From positions 1-36,974 of the IMG/VR virus record IMGVR_UViG_3300030613_000020: 36,974 nt of DNA; one strand, given 5' to 3'. The position numbers and the translations under genes were made by a program. The stretch is from a virus (Duplodnaviria; Caudoviricetes). The notes under the pieces are model-generated. The model did no database searches and was not told the DNA's origin. It worked only from the letters and a program-made list of their open reading frames with translations. Shown piece by piece: positions 17,661 through 25,569 of this stretch. Numbering within the stretch: the first letter of the stretch is position 1; every line of letters begins with the position of its first letter.

Positions 17661-17798
17661 TTACTCGAACGGAGTCCCGTTCTCTTCCTCATCCTTTTCC
17701 GTACGAAACGGATGCTCGTCTTCCCCGTCCTCCTCCAGAATCTCATCAAAATCCGGCCACTCAATTTCCGGTGGTTCTTTTTTGGGGTTCACGTCCAT
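17661..17798 (-). CDS. Small highly acidic protein (43-45 aa)
   Basis: MDVNPKKEPPEIEWPDFDEILEEDGEDEHPFRTEKDEEENGTPFE; AAGGAG spacing favours a GTG start at 17792. Confidence 0.65.
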   Translation of the reverse strand: MDVNPKKEPPEIEWPDFDEILEEDGEDEHPFRTEKDEEENGTPFE

Positions 17799-17805
17799 CT
17801 CCTTG

Positions 17806-17867
17806 CCCGTGGCCGCCCTGACGCCTTCACAAAGCGACCACGGGGTTCAGCGGCTATCCTCGCCGCT
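17806..17867 (-). other. Intergenic RNA stem-loops
   Basis: 15-bp stem CCCGUGGUCGCUUUG/CAGGGCGGCCACGGG (3 G-U pairs) ending just before the RBS, plus an AGCGGC/GCCGCU hairpin. Confidence 0.65.
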
Positions 17868-18132
17868 ACTCTGTCCGGCCCTGATCCACAACAGGTACCT
17901 TGATTTCAAAATGCTGGCATTCCCTCGGTGTTTGTTTGCTTGGCGCCTCGTCTGCCGCCACCAAGCAAACAACTAAATGTCCCAAATAGGCCGCAAGCAG
18001 TTTGCAATTAGAGGCATGAAACGTGATCGTGCCACTCGGTAAGTCAGATCTGAGACTCCAATATCCATCTACATGTTGCATCGCAAATGTATCTGACATA
18101 GCACTCTCTTCAATCGTGATCGACACTTGCAT
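17866..18132 (-). CDS. Hypothetical protein
   Basis: RBS GGAGG before ATG 18132. Confidence 0.6.
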   Translation of the reverse strand: MQVSITIEESAMSDTFAMQHVDGYWSLRSDLPSGTITFHASNCKLLAAYLGHLVVCLVAADEAPSKQTPRECQHFEIKVPVVDQGRTE

Positions 18133-18325
18133 CTTTTGCCTCCATCTCCGAAGCCAACCGCTCGCCTTCAAGAAAACGATCAAGAGCAGCTGCGCAATTT
18201 TTGCATATCTCTATTTCTTTGCTGCTAGAGCGAAGACGACGTGTTGGCATTTCTTCACCTATTTTGAGCGTGATTTCGTTTTCCCTTAGACATCGTTCAC
18301 ATCTGAAGACTCTGAATATCGCCAT
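18110..18325 (-). CDS. Small CxxC-CxxC protein
   Basis: CERC...CKNC. Confidence 0.65.
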   Translation of the reverse strand: MAIFRVFRCERCLRENEITLKIGEEMPTRRLRSSSKEIEICKNCAAALDRFLEGERLASEMEAKDASVDHD

Positions 18326-18329
18326 ATCA

Positions 18330-18422
18330 TCACCACCATGTATGCCCCGACGCTAATGCGCCGTATATGAAACCAGCGGCGATTGCGGCAATAGATTTGA
18401 CAATGAGCTTCCAAAGTTTCAC
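18330..18422 (-). CDS. 30-aa membrane peptide
   Basis: RBS GGAGG, GTG start, MKLWKLIVKSIAAIAAGFIYGALASGHTWW. Confidence 0.5.
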   Translation of the reverse strand: MKLWKLIVKSIAAIAAGFIYGALASGHTWW

Positions 18423-18482
18423 TTTCGCCTCCCTGCTCTGTCTTGTGCGCGGTCTTGCCAGCGTATGATCTTGGCTTCGAGT

Positions 18483-18570
18483 GCCGCGTTGCCCGGCCTC
18501 GTTGCAGTGCGATGGCAGGGCCACGGTCGAAACGGCCCTGCCTCGGTGACGACTGTGCGAGCAACGCGGC
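18483..18570 (-). other. Long imperfect hairpin (~88 nt)
   Basis: 13-bp outer stem and 9-bp inner stem GGCAGGGCC/GGCCCUGCC. Confidence 0.6.
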
Positions 18571-18576
18571 GGCTAG

Positions 18577-18804
18577 TCATGGCTTCACTTCCTGTATGCG
18601 CTCGCGCTTCCTGGGTCTCACGCGCTTCCAAATATGGCAGGTACAGCCAGTTTCTTTCGAGCGTCGCTTTGCAAGATTGAGCGCGGCTTTGCGCCCAAGC
18701 TCAACTCCAATAGTCTGATCATCCGGCTTCTCACCTACCATCGTAACCTCAAAATGCTTGAGTCTGGACCTTGCCATTGTCACGGCAGCAACTTCGTATT
18801 TCAT
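18577..18804 (-). CDS. Hypothetical protein
   Basis: ATGA-coupled start MKYEVAAV. Confidence 0.55.
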   Translation of the reverse strand: MKYEVAAVTMARSRLKHFEVTMVGEKPDDQTIGVELGRKAALNLAKRRSKETGCTCHIWKRVRPRKRERIQEVKP

Positions 18805-19025
18805 GGTCTCGCTTCTTTCAGGTTTGGGCCGCGCCGTGGGTATTTTCGTCGTCCAACATCTCCGAGTGTAAGTACGAAGGGCAGACTCGGAAGGTGATTG
18901 TAGGTAAGTACGGCGCGGCCCATTAACAAAACGGACAGCAAAAAAGCCAAGTCGCAATCCGGAGCGAAGCACAGATGCGTGACTCGGCTTCTCGCTGTCC
19001 ACAAGTTTTCTATTTTCGGATTCAT
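18801..19025 (-). CDS. Hypothetical protein
   Basis: RBS GGAGGAG and ATG 19025 just downstream of a promoter. Confidence 0.5.
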   Translation of the reverse strand: MNPKIENLWTARSRVTHLCFAPDCDLAFLLSVLLMGRAVLTYNHLPSLPFVLTLGDVGRRKYPRRGPNLKEARP

Positions 19026-19052
19026 GCTTCGCTCCTCCGATCTACGGATACC

Positions 19053-19081
19053 AGAATAACACAGCCCCTTCAACCTGTCAA
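19053..19081 (-). promoter_or_regulatory. Sigma70-type promoter
   Basis: TTGACA-N17-TATTCT with an extended TGn and an upstream A-tract. Confidence 0.8.
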
Positions 19082-19212
19082 GTCTTTTTTTTCAGCCAAC
19101 AATCTACGGCTTCCCGGATGAGTGATGCGATGCTTGCGTGACGATCGAATCCGATTTTCCGCAATCGGTCGTAGGCTTCTGGTTGAAGTTTGACAGATAG
19201 TACTTTCCACAT
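19078..19212 (-). CDS. Ribbon-helix-helix (CopG/Arc-like) regulator, 44 aa (below ORF-track cutoff)
   Basis: MWKVLSVKLQPEAYDRLRKIGFDRHASIASLIREAVDCWLKKKT: beta strand, helix, then an S...LIREAV helix. Confidence 0.8.
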   Translation of the reverse strand: MWKVLSVKLQPEAYDRLRKIGFDRHASIASLIREAVDCWLKKKT

Positions 19213-19231
19213 TTTAGTTGTTCTCCATTTT

Positions 19232-19280
19232 CCCGGATGCCCCACGAGGGGCGTTTCGGGCTCTCGGCCTCATCAGCGGG
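19232..19280 (-). ncRNA. Hammerhead ribozyme-like RNA (type I topology, two mismatches)
   Basis: CCCG CUGAUGA GGCC-GAGA-GCCC GAAA C GCCCC-UCGU-GGGGC AUC CGGG; wholly intergenic. Confidence 0.6.
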
Positions 19281-19496
19281 TTACCAGCAATTGCTGGCGT
19301 CGTGATATTGTGCTTCCTCCCACCATTCCCGCGCGCGGTCTGTCTGCGGCCCACGCACGATACCGCACTTGCAGTCCGACATGCCGCAGAGCATGCGCCG
19401 GACGCGGCGATACTGATTCCGCGTAGGCTTCCCCAGATCGCGGATACGAACCTCCGAATTGTGAAACTCGTTTCTCAGCATTATCATTCTTTTCAC
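19281..19496 (-). CDS. Hypothetical protein (CGxxxCxCG)
   Basis: RBS overlapping the GTG region; start uncertain. Confidence 0.6.
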   Translation of the reverse strand: MKRMIMLRNEFHNSEVRIRDLGKPTRNQYRRVRRMLCGMSDCKCGIVRGPQTDRAREWWEEAQYHDASNCW

Positions 19497-19507
19497 CTCC
19501 TTCTACT

Positions 19508-19852
19508 TTATGTTTCGCAATCTCCGCAACAAAACGTCCCGCACTTTGGGCACAAACCCATCTCTTTCAATTCCTTCGCTCGTTGTTCGTCGGCCTCAAA
19601 TTGGTGAATCCGCCGAGCTTCTTTCTGTTTTTCCTCAGCATCCTCCAGCGCATAAAACTCAGAAAGGATTCTCCGGATTTCCTCAGCTTCTGGAGTAGAA
19701 GAATACTGAAGATATTCCCAGTGAATTCCGACTTTTCCCATCGTATTGTCGTCCGGACTTCCCGGGTCCACCACGACTCCATAGTATCCGGGATTTCCGA
19801 GATCATGAACGTAGGTTCGTCCGTTTTTCTCTACTGTCTGATCGTGCTTCAT
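19508..19852 (-). CDS. First early gene, C-terminal Cys cluster
   Basis: RBS AAGGAGGT; LCPKCGTFCCGDC. Confidence 0.75.
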   Translation of the reverse strand: MKHDQTVEKNGRTYVHDLGNPGYYGVVVDPGSPDDNTMGKVGIHWEYLQYSSTPEAEEIRRILSEFYALEDAEEKQKEARRIHQFEADEQRAKELKEMGLCPKCGTFCCGDCET

Positions 19853-19881
19853 TTCCTACCTCCTTTTCAACCTTCGATACT

Positions 19882-19910
19882 ATCATACTATAATATCGGT
19901 ATGGTGTCAA
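19882..19910 (-). promoter_or_regulatory. Strong sigma70-type early promoter
   Basis: TTGACA-N17-TATGAT. Confidence 0.85.
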
Positions 19911-20113
19911 TAAAAATCGACCTGAAAATGAGCGACAGACAAAAATACTTTTGGGCAAGGTTTTGCGGGCGCGCAAGGCCATTGCAAATGGGCACGCCGG
20001 ACATTGCGATATGCGAGGATTTCTAAGGGCCGATTATGCTAATACCATATCTGCTAGGCATTTACGGTTGTCACGATTCTTGCAACTGGTAGCAGATGAA
20101 AGGAGATAGGAAA

Positions 20114-20272
20114 ATGAAGACAAGACCAAACCCGAAACCGAAAGCGCGAGTCGATTTCTTCGTGCGCACGCTGATTGCTAGGATTCAGGCCGCTATGATA
20201 CTTTGCGCCCTGGGAATCCCACGGCCCACAATTGAAGCCTGGAAGCACATCAACGGCCACGCCTGGTGGTGA
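20114..20272 (+). CDS. Only supported plus-strand gene, 52 aa, partial HTH-like
   Basis: RBS AAGGAG; MKTRPNPKPKARVDFFVRTLIARIQAAMILCALGIPRPTIEAWKHINGHAWW. Confidence 0.5.
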   Translation: MKTRPNPKPKARVDFFVRTLIARIQAAMILCALGIPRPTIEAWKHINGHAWW

Positions 20273-20389
20273 AAAACGCGAATATAACGATTGTGGCGAA
20301 CAGCGACGGCGGGAGGACGGCCTATCCCTCGACTTCTCAGCAGAAACGCATGGGAAAACGCTAATGCCTCCTGGACCTTCCTACGCATC

Positions 20390-20866
20390 CTAGGAGCATT
20401 TTGCGCGGGCGAGCAGCATGTCGACCAGCCCGATCATCCGATTGGCCAGTTTTAGCGCCTGGGGCTTGAGAAACCTACCGGCCAGCCATTTTTGTAGCGG
20501 TATCCCCGCGCCCAAACGTGGCGGCAAGCGATTGAAGAAATGCTCGGTGATGAGCTGCTTTGCCACAAGTCGCTTGATTTTTCGGGTCGTGGGCATCAGG
20601 CCAACGGCTAGGCCTATCGCAAGTGTGCCCTGTGCAAGCTCTTGCACCGTCCAATGGCCATCAGCTTCGATCTTTTTGGCCAGATCGCCAATGAAACTTT
20701 TTACAAGCGCCGCCTGGTCGTGGGCCTTGCCTTCAGCGTCCATGATAATAAAACTGTACGGCAATATCGCTGGCTCAGTCGGGGCATCAGGTTTGATGCG
20801 TGGCTTGAGTGGCTCCTTGCCGAGGGCCTCGATCTCGCGTCGCATGCTTTCGGTGAATTCGGTCAT
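20390..20866 (-). CDS. Hypothetical protein at the end of the late operon
   Basis: 158-aa ORF with RBS AAGGA. Confidence 0.65.
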   Translation of the reverse strand: MTEFTESMRREIEALGKEPLKPRIKPDAPTEPAILPYSFIIMDAEGKAHDQAALVKSFIGDLAKKIEADGHWTVQELAQGTLAIGLAVGLMPTTRKIKRLVAKQLITEHFFNRLPPRLGAGIPLQKWLAGRFLKPQALKLANRMIGLVDMLLARAKCS

Positions 20867-20883
20867 TCCTTTTCAGGCTTCTC

Positions 20884-21003
20884 TCATTGCCAGAACGCTG
20901 TCACGATTCCGTAGATCATCAGAAATAGAAGAAGGCCAGCCCCAACCACTAAAATGGCTATGGCGATGACTTCGGGCCAATCATTTTTCAACCAATCAGG
21001 CAT
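20884..21003 (-). CDS. 39-aa membrane peptide
   Basis: MPDWLKNDWPEVIAIAILVVGAGLLLFLMIYGIVTAFWQ; RBS GAGG. Confidence 0.6.
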   Translation of the reverse strand: MPDWLKNDWPEVIAIAILVVGAGLLLFLMIYGIVTAFWQ

Positions 21004-21017
21004 GTTGCCTCAAGGCA

Positions 21018-21083
21018 AGCGGCGCGGTGTCAGTGATATGAACATCAGACTGTGTGCGCAGCGCAATGGCAGGCCGCGCCGCT
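21018..21083. other. Intergenic branched stem-loop
   Basis: 10-bp AGCGGCGCGG/CCGCGCCGCT clamp enclosing smaller inverted repeats. Confidence 0.5.
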
Positions 21084-21090
21084 CGCATTC

Positions 21091-21618
21091 CTACTTATAA
21101 TCCAGCGCGAATCTCCAAAAGAAAACCCCTTGCCAGCCCATCTTCTCTACGTATCGCACGCCGACACCCGTATCGACGTATTGCCCCATAGCGTCCGGCA
21201 TCGGAATTTGAAAACCAACCTCAGACTTAATACCCATGTAGCTTCCTTCCTCTAACCAGGAAACCGTGGGCCCGAGTGCGAATCTAATCTGTGGATCGTT
21301 GACGGCTTTGCCTTTCAGCACGTATCCGAACATCAATGAACTCGGAACAGAATTCCCACCTTCAGCATTCCAGGGCGGCGCTAGCTCCTGCTCCATGCAG
21401 ACACTCAATTTCCACGTATCGCCGAAGCGATAGTTAAAAGCAGCCTCGACGTTCGACTGATTGAGTCCCGACGGATCCGCCTGGCCGATGCCGCCGGTGA
21501 CTACGAGGCCGGTTCCCATGCCGAACTGTGCTGGACATTCGACTGGACAAAGGCAGGACGCAAACACGCCTATCACTAGGCTAAGTAAAAAGATAGGTAT
21601 GGACAATCTCATGGACAA
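21091..21618 (-). CDS. Secreted, outer-membrane beta-barrel-like protein in the lysis cassette
   Basis: Signal peptide; alternating amphipathic strands; aromatic-rich C-terminal strand FFWRFALDYK. Confidence 0.55.
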   Translation of the reverse strand: MSMRLSIPIFLLSLVIGVFASCLCPVECPAQFGMGTGLVVTGGIGQADPSGLNQSNVEAAFNYRFGDTWKLSVCMEQELAPPWNAEGGNSVPSSLMFGYVLKGKAVNDPQIRFALGPTVSWLEEGSYMGIKSEVGFQIPMPDAMGQYVDTGVGVRYVEKMGWQGVFFWRFALDYK

Positions 21619-21643
21619 TCCTCCAACCCCGTAAGTGGGGCAG

Positions 21644-21847
21644 TTAGGGTGCAGGTGTGATGGTGATATTGTTACCGCTTTTTTTTGCGGGCAAATAATC
21701 CGTAGCCGTTTTCACACCATAGTAAGTCGTGAAGAAAATCAAGATTAGATCTTGTGTCTTATCCAACACGTGAAAGCATGCAGAAACAACGACGCACGTC
21801 ATCGCTATCATCGCAACCAGTGAACGCTTCAATTCCATCTTTGTCAA
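21644..21847 (-). CDS. Putative holin
   Basis: Two hydrophobic segments; adjacent to the endolysin. Confidence 0.55.
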   Translation of the reverse strand: MTKMELKRSLVAMIAMTCVVVSACFHVLDKTQDLILIFFTTYYGVKTATDYLPAKKSGNNITITPAP

Positions 21848-21855
21848 CTCCTTTC

Positions 21856-22338
21856 TTATGCAGCAAAATCCCCGAAAATCTGATCCGGCGAAAGCTCGGG
21901 GTGTCCTCCTAGTGCAACTTCAATTGAATCATATCCATCCCCACGCTTCACGCGATGCCAATGCTCGCCAAAAGTCTCATCAATATCTGCGTGAATGAAT
22001 CGGCGCGGATAAATGATTACACGCGGGAAGGCCTGGATCGCAAAATTGAAAGCTGTCCAGATGCTTTTGTTCCGCAATCTAAAGTCCATCGCCAGCCCCA
22101 TCATATGTCTGCTTGCCCGTGCTCCGCTGACTTCGAGATTATGCTTAGGGCAGCGATAGCCTGAGTTCACATACACCGGCTCCTGTACGAGAAATCGAAA
22201 TCGCTCGGCGGCGTCGATCAACCCTTGCTCTACGTTCCACACCTGACAGCACGGACACATCATTTCAGCGACAGAGAAATGTGATCGTACGCCCTCGGAG
22301 GTCAGGAACTGTCCGCGTTCAATAAGCGCAAGCCCCAT
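21856..22338 (-). CDS. Endolysin, peptidase M15A family
   Basis: SGYRCPKHN, SRH..G.AMD and FIHAD motifs. Confidence 0.9.
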   Translation of the reverse strand: MGLALIERGQFLTSEGVRSHFSVAEMMCPCCQVWNVEQGLIDAAERFRFLVQEPVYVNSGYRCPKHNLEVSGARASRHMMGLAMDFRLRNKSIWTAFNFAIQAFPRVIIYPRRFIHADIDETFGEHWHRVKRGDGYDSIEVALGGHPELSPDQIFGDFAA

Positions 22339-22339
22339 C

Positions 22340-22576
22340 TTACTGCCCTTTCGCTATCCATGTGATAAGCCCACCAAGCGCGAGTATAGCTATGGTTCCG
22401 AGGATGCCCTTGAGCCAGCGGAGATCATTCTTGATTTCCGTGCAGATAGTTTCAACGCCGGTCAGGCGTTTTGTGTTTTCTTCGCCTTCGCCATTCAATC
22501 TTTCGAGATGTTCACGTATGGCTTTGATCGCCTCCCATACGCCTTGAAGTTCAAGTGATGTCGTAGTCAGAGTCAT
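22340..22576 (-). CDS. Coiled-coil plus C-terminal TM protein (XhlA-like lysis accessory)
   Basis: Domain layout and position before the endolysin. Confidence 0.55.
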   Translation of the reverse strand: MTLTTTSLELQGVWEAIKAIREHLERLNGEGEENTKRLTGVETICTEIKNDLRWLKGILGTIAILALGGLITWIAKGQ

Positions 22577-22609
22577 TGCCCTCCTTCTTTCTGCTGCCGT
22601 TATTGTGGA

Positions 22610-23212
22610 CTAAGAACATGCCCCTCGATAGAAATAAGCATAAAGTTCTTTCAGTTTCTTGGGCTGCAATATCCCTCCGGCGCCTCGTTGTCTAATCGGG
22701 CAGCTAACTCTAACCCGTTGAAACGGCGCAAGTATCTGCATGCCATTAGCTATGCTCGGGTTGCCAAGAATATATTGCGTTACAACGCTATCTGCCCCAG
22801 TTGCCGCATTGTAGGTAGCTGCGGAGAAATAGTCGCTATAGGTTCCCGCGATCCAAGTGGTTCCATCAAGACTATAATCTACCGCAAACCGCAAACTATC
22901 AATCACGGTATCCGCAACTGAGCGGAAAAAGAAAAGGCCAACCGTATCCTTTGGGTTTTCCGCAAACAAACCAGCTATCATAAATGCATTTGTCGTATCT
23001 ACATCAACCGTTGCAGTTGTAGATTCCGAAAGAACGCTTGTGTAAAGCGAATCTATACCGCTCAGCGGCCATGTCAATTGCCAGAGGCGCGTACATGGGC
23101 TTGGGCTGGAACGTAGAGCATTCGGGGCAACATCCTTCACCAACACCTTTCCGTATACCGCTGGAACACAAACGAGAGAAAGAAGAACGAAAAGGAGCAC
23201 AATCTTACTCAT
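22610..23212 (-). CDS. Signal-peptide-bearing beta-sandwich protein at the end of the tail module
   Basis: MSKIVLLFVLLSLVCVPAVYG; YSLDGTTW...RVRV motif. Confidence 0.75.
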   Translation of the reverse strand: MSKIVLLFVLLSLVCVPAVYGKVLVKDVAPNALRSSPSPCTRLWQLTWPLSGIDSLYTSVLSESTTATVDVDTTNAFMIAGLFAENPKDTVGLFFFRSVADTVIDSLRFAVDYSLDGTTWIAGTYSDYFSAATYNAATGADSVVTQYILGNPSIANGMQILAPFQRVRVSCPIRQRGAGGILQPKKLKELYAYFYRGACS

Positions 23213-23213
23213 G

Positions 23214-24221
23214 CTAAACCTCCACTACTTGAATGTGATAAACCAATCCCTGCCCTTTTTTGAAGGTACTGGGGTTTTGCGTTACTTGAAATTGTTTGCT
23301 TGCCCATGTTACCGTCCCGCCGTACTTCGGATATACCATATGAGTATCAACGTCGGCATCGAATGTGATTATGTGTCCTACGCGCAAATCCACGGCATTG
23401 TGAAACGTAGAAAAAGATGGACGGAGAACAGGCGCAGCGCGGTCGAAAATATAATTGCGCAATGCAACCGCTGAATCTTTATCCGCAATCCAGGGGAAAT
23501 CAGACTCAAATGTATTTTTCATTCCATAGGTGGTTTCTCGCGTTCCCGCATTCGTAACTCGCGTTCCATCCGTCCCACCCTCTCCGTCGTCACTCCCATC
23601 GGGTGAAATGAAAGCTGTGCGTAAGCACTTGTCTTGAGGTGCAAAGTAACGGTAATGGACATAGACGCGGGTGTAGATTTCGTCAACGGGTGTTTGCGAA
23701 AGCTCGAAAGGTGACTTTTGATCTATATGCGCATTCCAATTGAAAGCGGGTGAATAAATCTTTTCGGCACTAGGGCTAGATTGGTAGCATACCGCTTGCC
23801 ACTTCCCGTCTATCGGTGAACGATATACAAGAAGTCCAGGGCAATGTCTTTGCATTTCTACCCGCGCTTCGTCAACCGTCGTTTCTTCTGTCATAGAAAC
23901 GCAAAGTTTGTAATCGCCCGTGACAAGCGCATTCAAATCCGTTCGTGCCTGTATCCAGCTTCCAAGGGTTAGGTCGCCGTCTGTCGTGATATTGAAATCA
24001 TCGGCAGCCACAAGACCATTTCCCCGTTTCACCATAAGATGACGAATCACATCGGCGGGGTTTTCGATCAAGGCTCCATTTGTTCCCGTAAACGTGCCAG
24101 ACGTATCATCCTTCTGTGCTTTGTAGTTCCCGCAATACAAAAGACTCGGAGTCTGGTAGGTTGTCTTGTATTGCGGGATGGGAAGATTCCAAATGCCCGT
24201 TTTTATGTTGTAGAGCTTCAT
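23214..24221 (-). CDS. Tail tip / baseplate hub protein (C-terminal part-like)
   Basis: IENPADVIRHL and DLRVGHII motifs; tail context. Confidence 0.7.
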   Translation of the reverse strand: MKLYNIKTGIWNLPIPQYKTTYQTPSLLYCGNYKAQKDDTSGTFTGTNGALIENPADVIRHLMVKRGNGLVAADDFNITTDGDLTLGSWIQARTDLNALVTGDYKLCVSMTEETTVDEARVEMQRHCPGLLVYRSPIDGKWQAVCYQSSPSAEKIYSPAFNWNAHIDQKSPFELSQTPVDEIYTRVYVHYRYFAPQDKCLRTAFISPDGSDDGEGGTDGTRVTNAGTRETTYGMKNTFESDFPWIADKDSAVALRNYIFDRAAPVLRPSFSTFHNAVDLRVGHIITFDADVDTHMVYPKYGGTVTWASKQFQVTQNPSTFKKGQGLVYHIQVVEV

Positions 24222-24224
24222 CCC

Positions 24225-25568
24225 CTAACCCCTTATCTTCGGCCCAAAGGGTTGCAATACGACGCGCTTCCAGGGAAACTTTCCCATCCAGGGCAATCTC
24301 GTGACATCCGTTTTCAAATCATAACGGTTCCACAACGCCATCCCCGTTATCCTACAATAACCAGTATCGTCAACAAACTCTGCACGTAGCTCTAACGGGA
24401 ATTCGTTGCTTGATATGTCAACAACGACAAAGCGCCACTCGCGCCAATTGGCCAATAACGTTGTGATGCCGAGCAAATCATACTCGACCCCTGGCAATGC
24501 AATGGTTGTGCTTTGGTGATAGTCACTTGCCGCTACGTCCCAAAGACCATATTTTAGTGTTCCACTTGCGCTAGTATCATCCCAGTAGATGTAAACGGTG
24601 ATGCTGCCCAGAATTCCTGGATTCCCCGTGTTGGGAATCGTGAGACTTAATATTTGCGCATCCATGATTGCAGTGTATGTCGTATGGTTACGATCCATCG
24701 CCTTGGCAGGATCACTCGCCGTGTTGCCATCGCCGATGCCCGTAGGAATTACGCAAACTTCACCGTAAGGATTCTGGTCAAATTCCATCTCTACTTTTTC
24801 TATGCTATTTGTGGGGCTGGGATAGCCCAATTCTTTAAGCGTAGTTAATTCACCGAGTGCATCATCCCACAGACGCAATGGGTCTGTCCCAAGTGTATGC
24901 GCTGCGGACGTGCCGTCATTATCACATACACGGATGACGGGCCGCCCATGATCAGGGCCACTTTTATCAACACAGATTGCTTGTGCAACCGGCCAATGCT
25001 CCCCAAGTATTGGATACCCGGAATATGTTGCACCGGTGAAATCCCCATAATGAAGAGGTACTCGCCTTCCCATGTTGTCATCCGGCGCTTCGGGGAAAGC
25101 AGCTCTTTCGATCACCGTTGGCGGGATTGTGACATCCCACTTATACTGCTCGGTTAAGTTAAACTCAACTTCCGAATCGTCGTAGCGCGCAATCTCCGTG
25201 ATGTAGCCCTTGAAGAGTATCTGGCTTGTGCCTACGCCAACATGCCAGAGCGTGAATGTCACTGCTGCACCGGCAAAAGCGTATGTGCTTAAGACATCCC
25301 CGAATGTCTTTGCCGCTGTTGTCTGATAATTGAGCTTCCGATTCTGGACGGTGAACGATGCACTTAAGGGGGCAATCTCGCCCGTGAGAATATCAGCCCG
25401 CTGACCCGTGAGGCCGATGCTTACGAGCCTCTCTTCATAAACTGTGCCGCCATAAGTTGCGGCACGATCTGTGAGATAGAGCGTCCTTGCGCTTGGCTGT
25501 GTAAGTGCGATCTCACACAAAATTGCATAGTCCCCAAACTTCTTCCGTGCATCGTCTATAAAAGCCAC
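24225..25568 (-). CDS. Tail tip protein
   Basis: LFKGYI and FPEAPDDNMGRRVPLHYGD motifs; follows the distal tail gene. Confidence 0.7.
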   Translation of the reverse strand: MAFIDDARKKFGDYAILCEIALTQPSARTLYLTDRAATYGGTVYEERLVSIGLTGQRADILTGEIAPLSASFTVQNRKLNYQTTAAKTFGDVLSTYAFAGAAVTFTLWHVGVGTSQILFKGYITEIARYDDSEVEFNLTEQYKWDVTIPPTVIERAAFPEAPDDNMGRRVPLHYGDFTGATYSGYPILGEHWPVAQAICVDKSGPDHGRPVIRVCDNDGTSAAHTLGTDPLRLWDDALGELTTLKELGYPSPTNSIEKVEMEFDQNPYGEVCVIPTGIGDGNTASDPAKAMDRNHTTYTAIMDAQILSLTIPNTGNPGILGSITVYIYWDDTSASGTLKYGLWDVAASDYHQSTTIALPGVEYDLLGITTLLANWREWRFVVVDISSNEFPLELRAEFVDDTGYCRITGMALWNRYDLKTDVTRLPWMGKFPWKRVVLQPFGPKIRG

Positions 25569-25569
25569 A

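Noticed and set aside
20185-20388. Minus-strand 67-aa ORF
   Set aside because: No clear RBS or motif, and it overlaps the better-supported plus-strand ORF.
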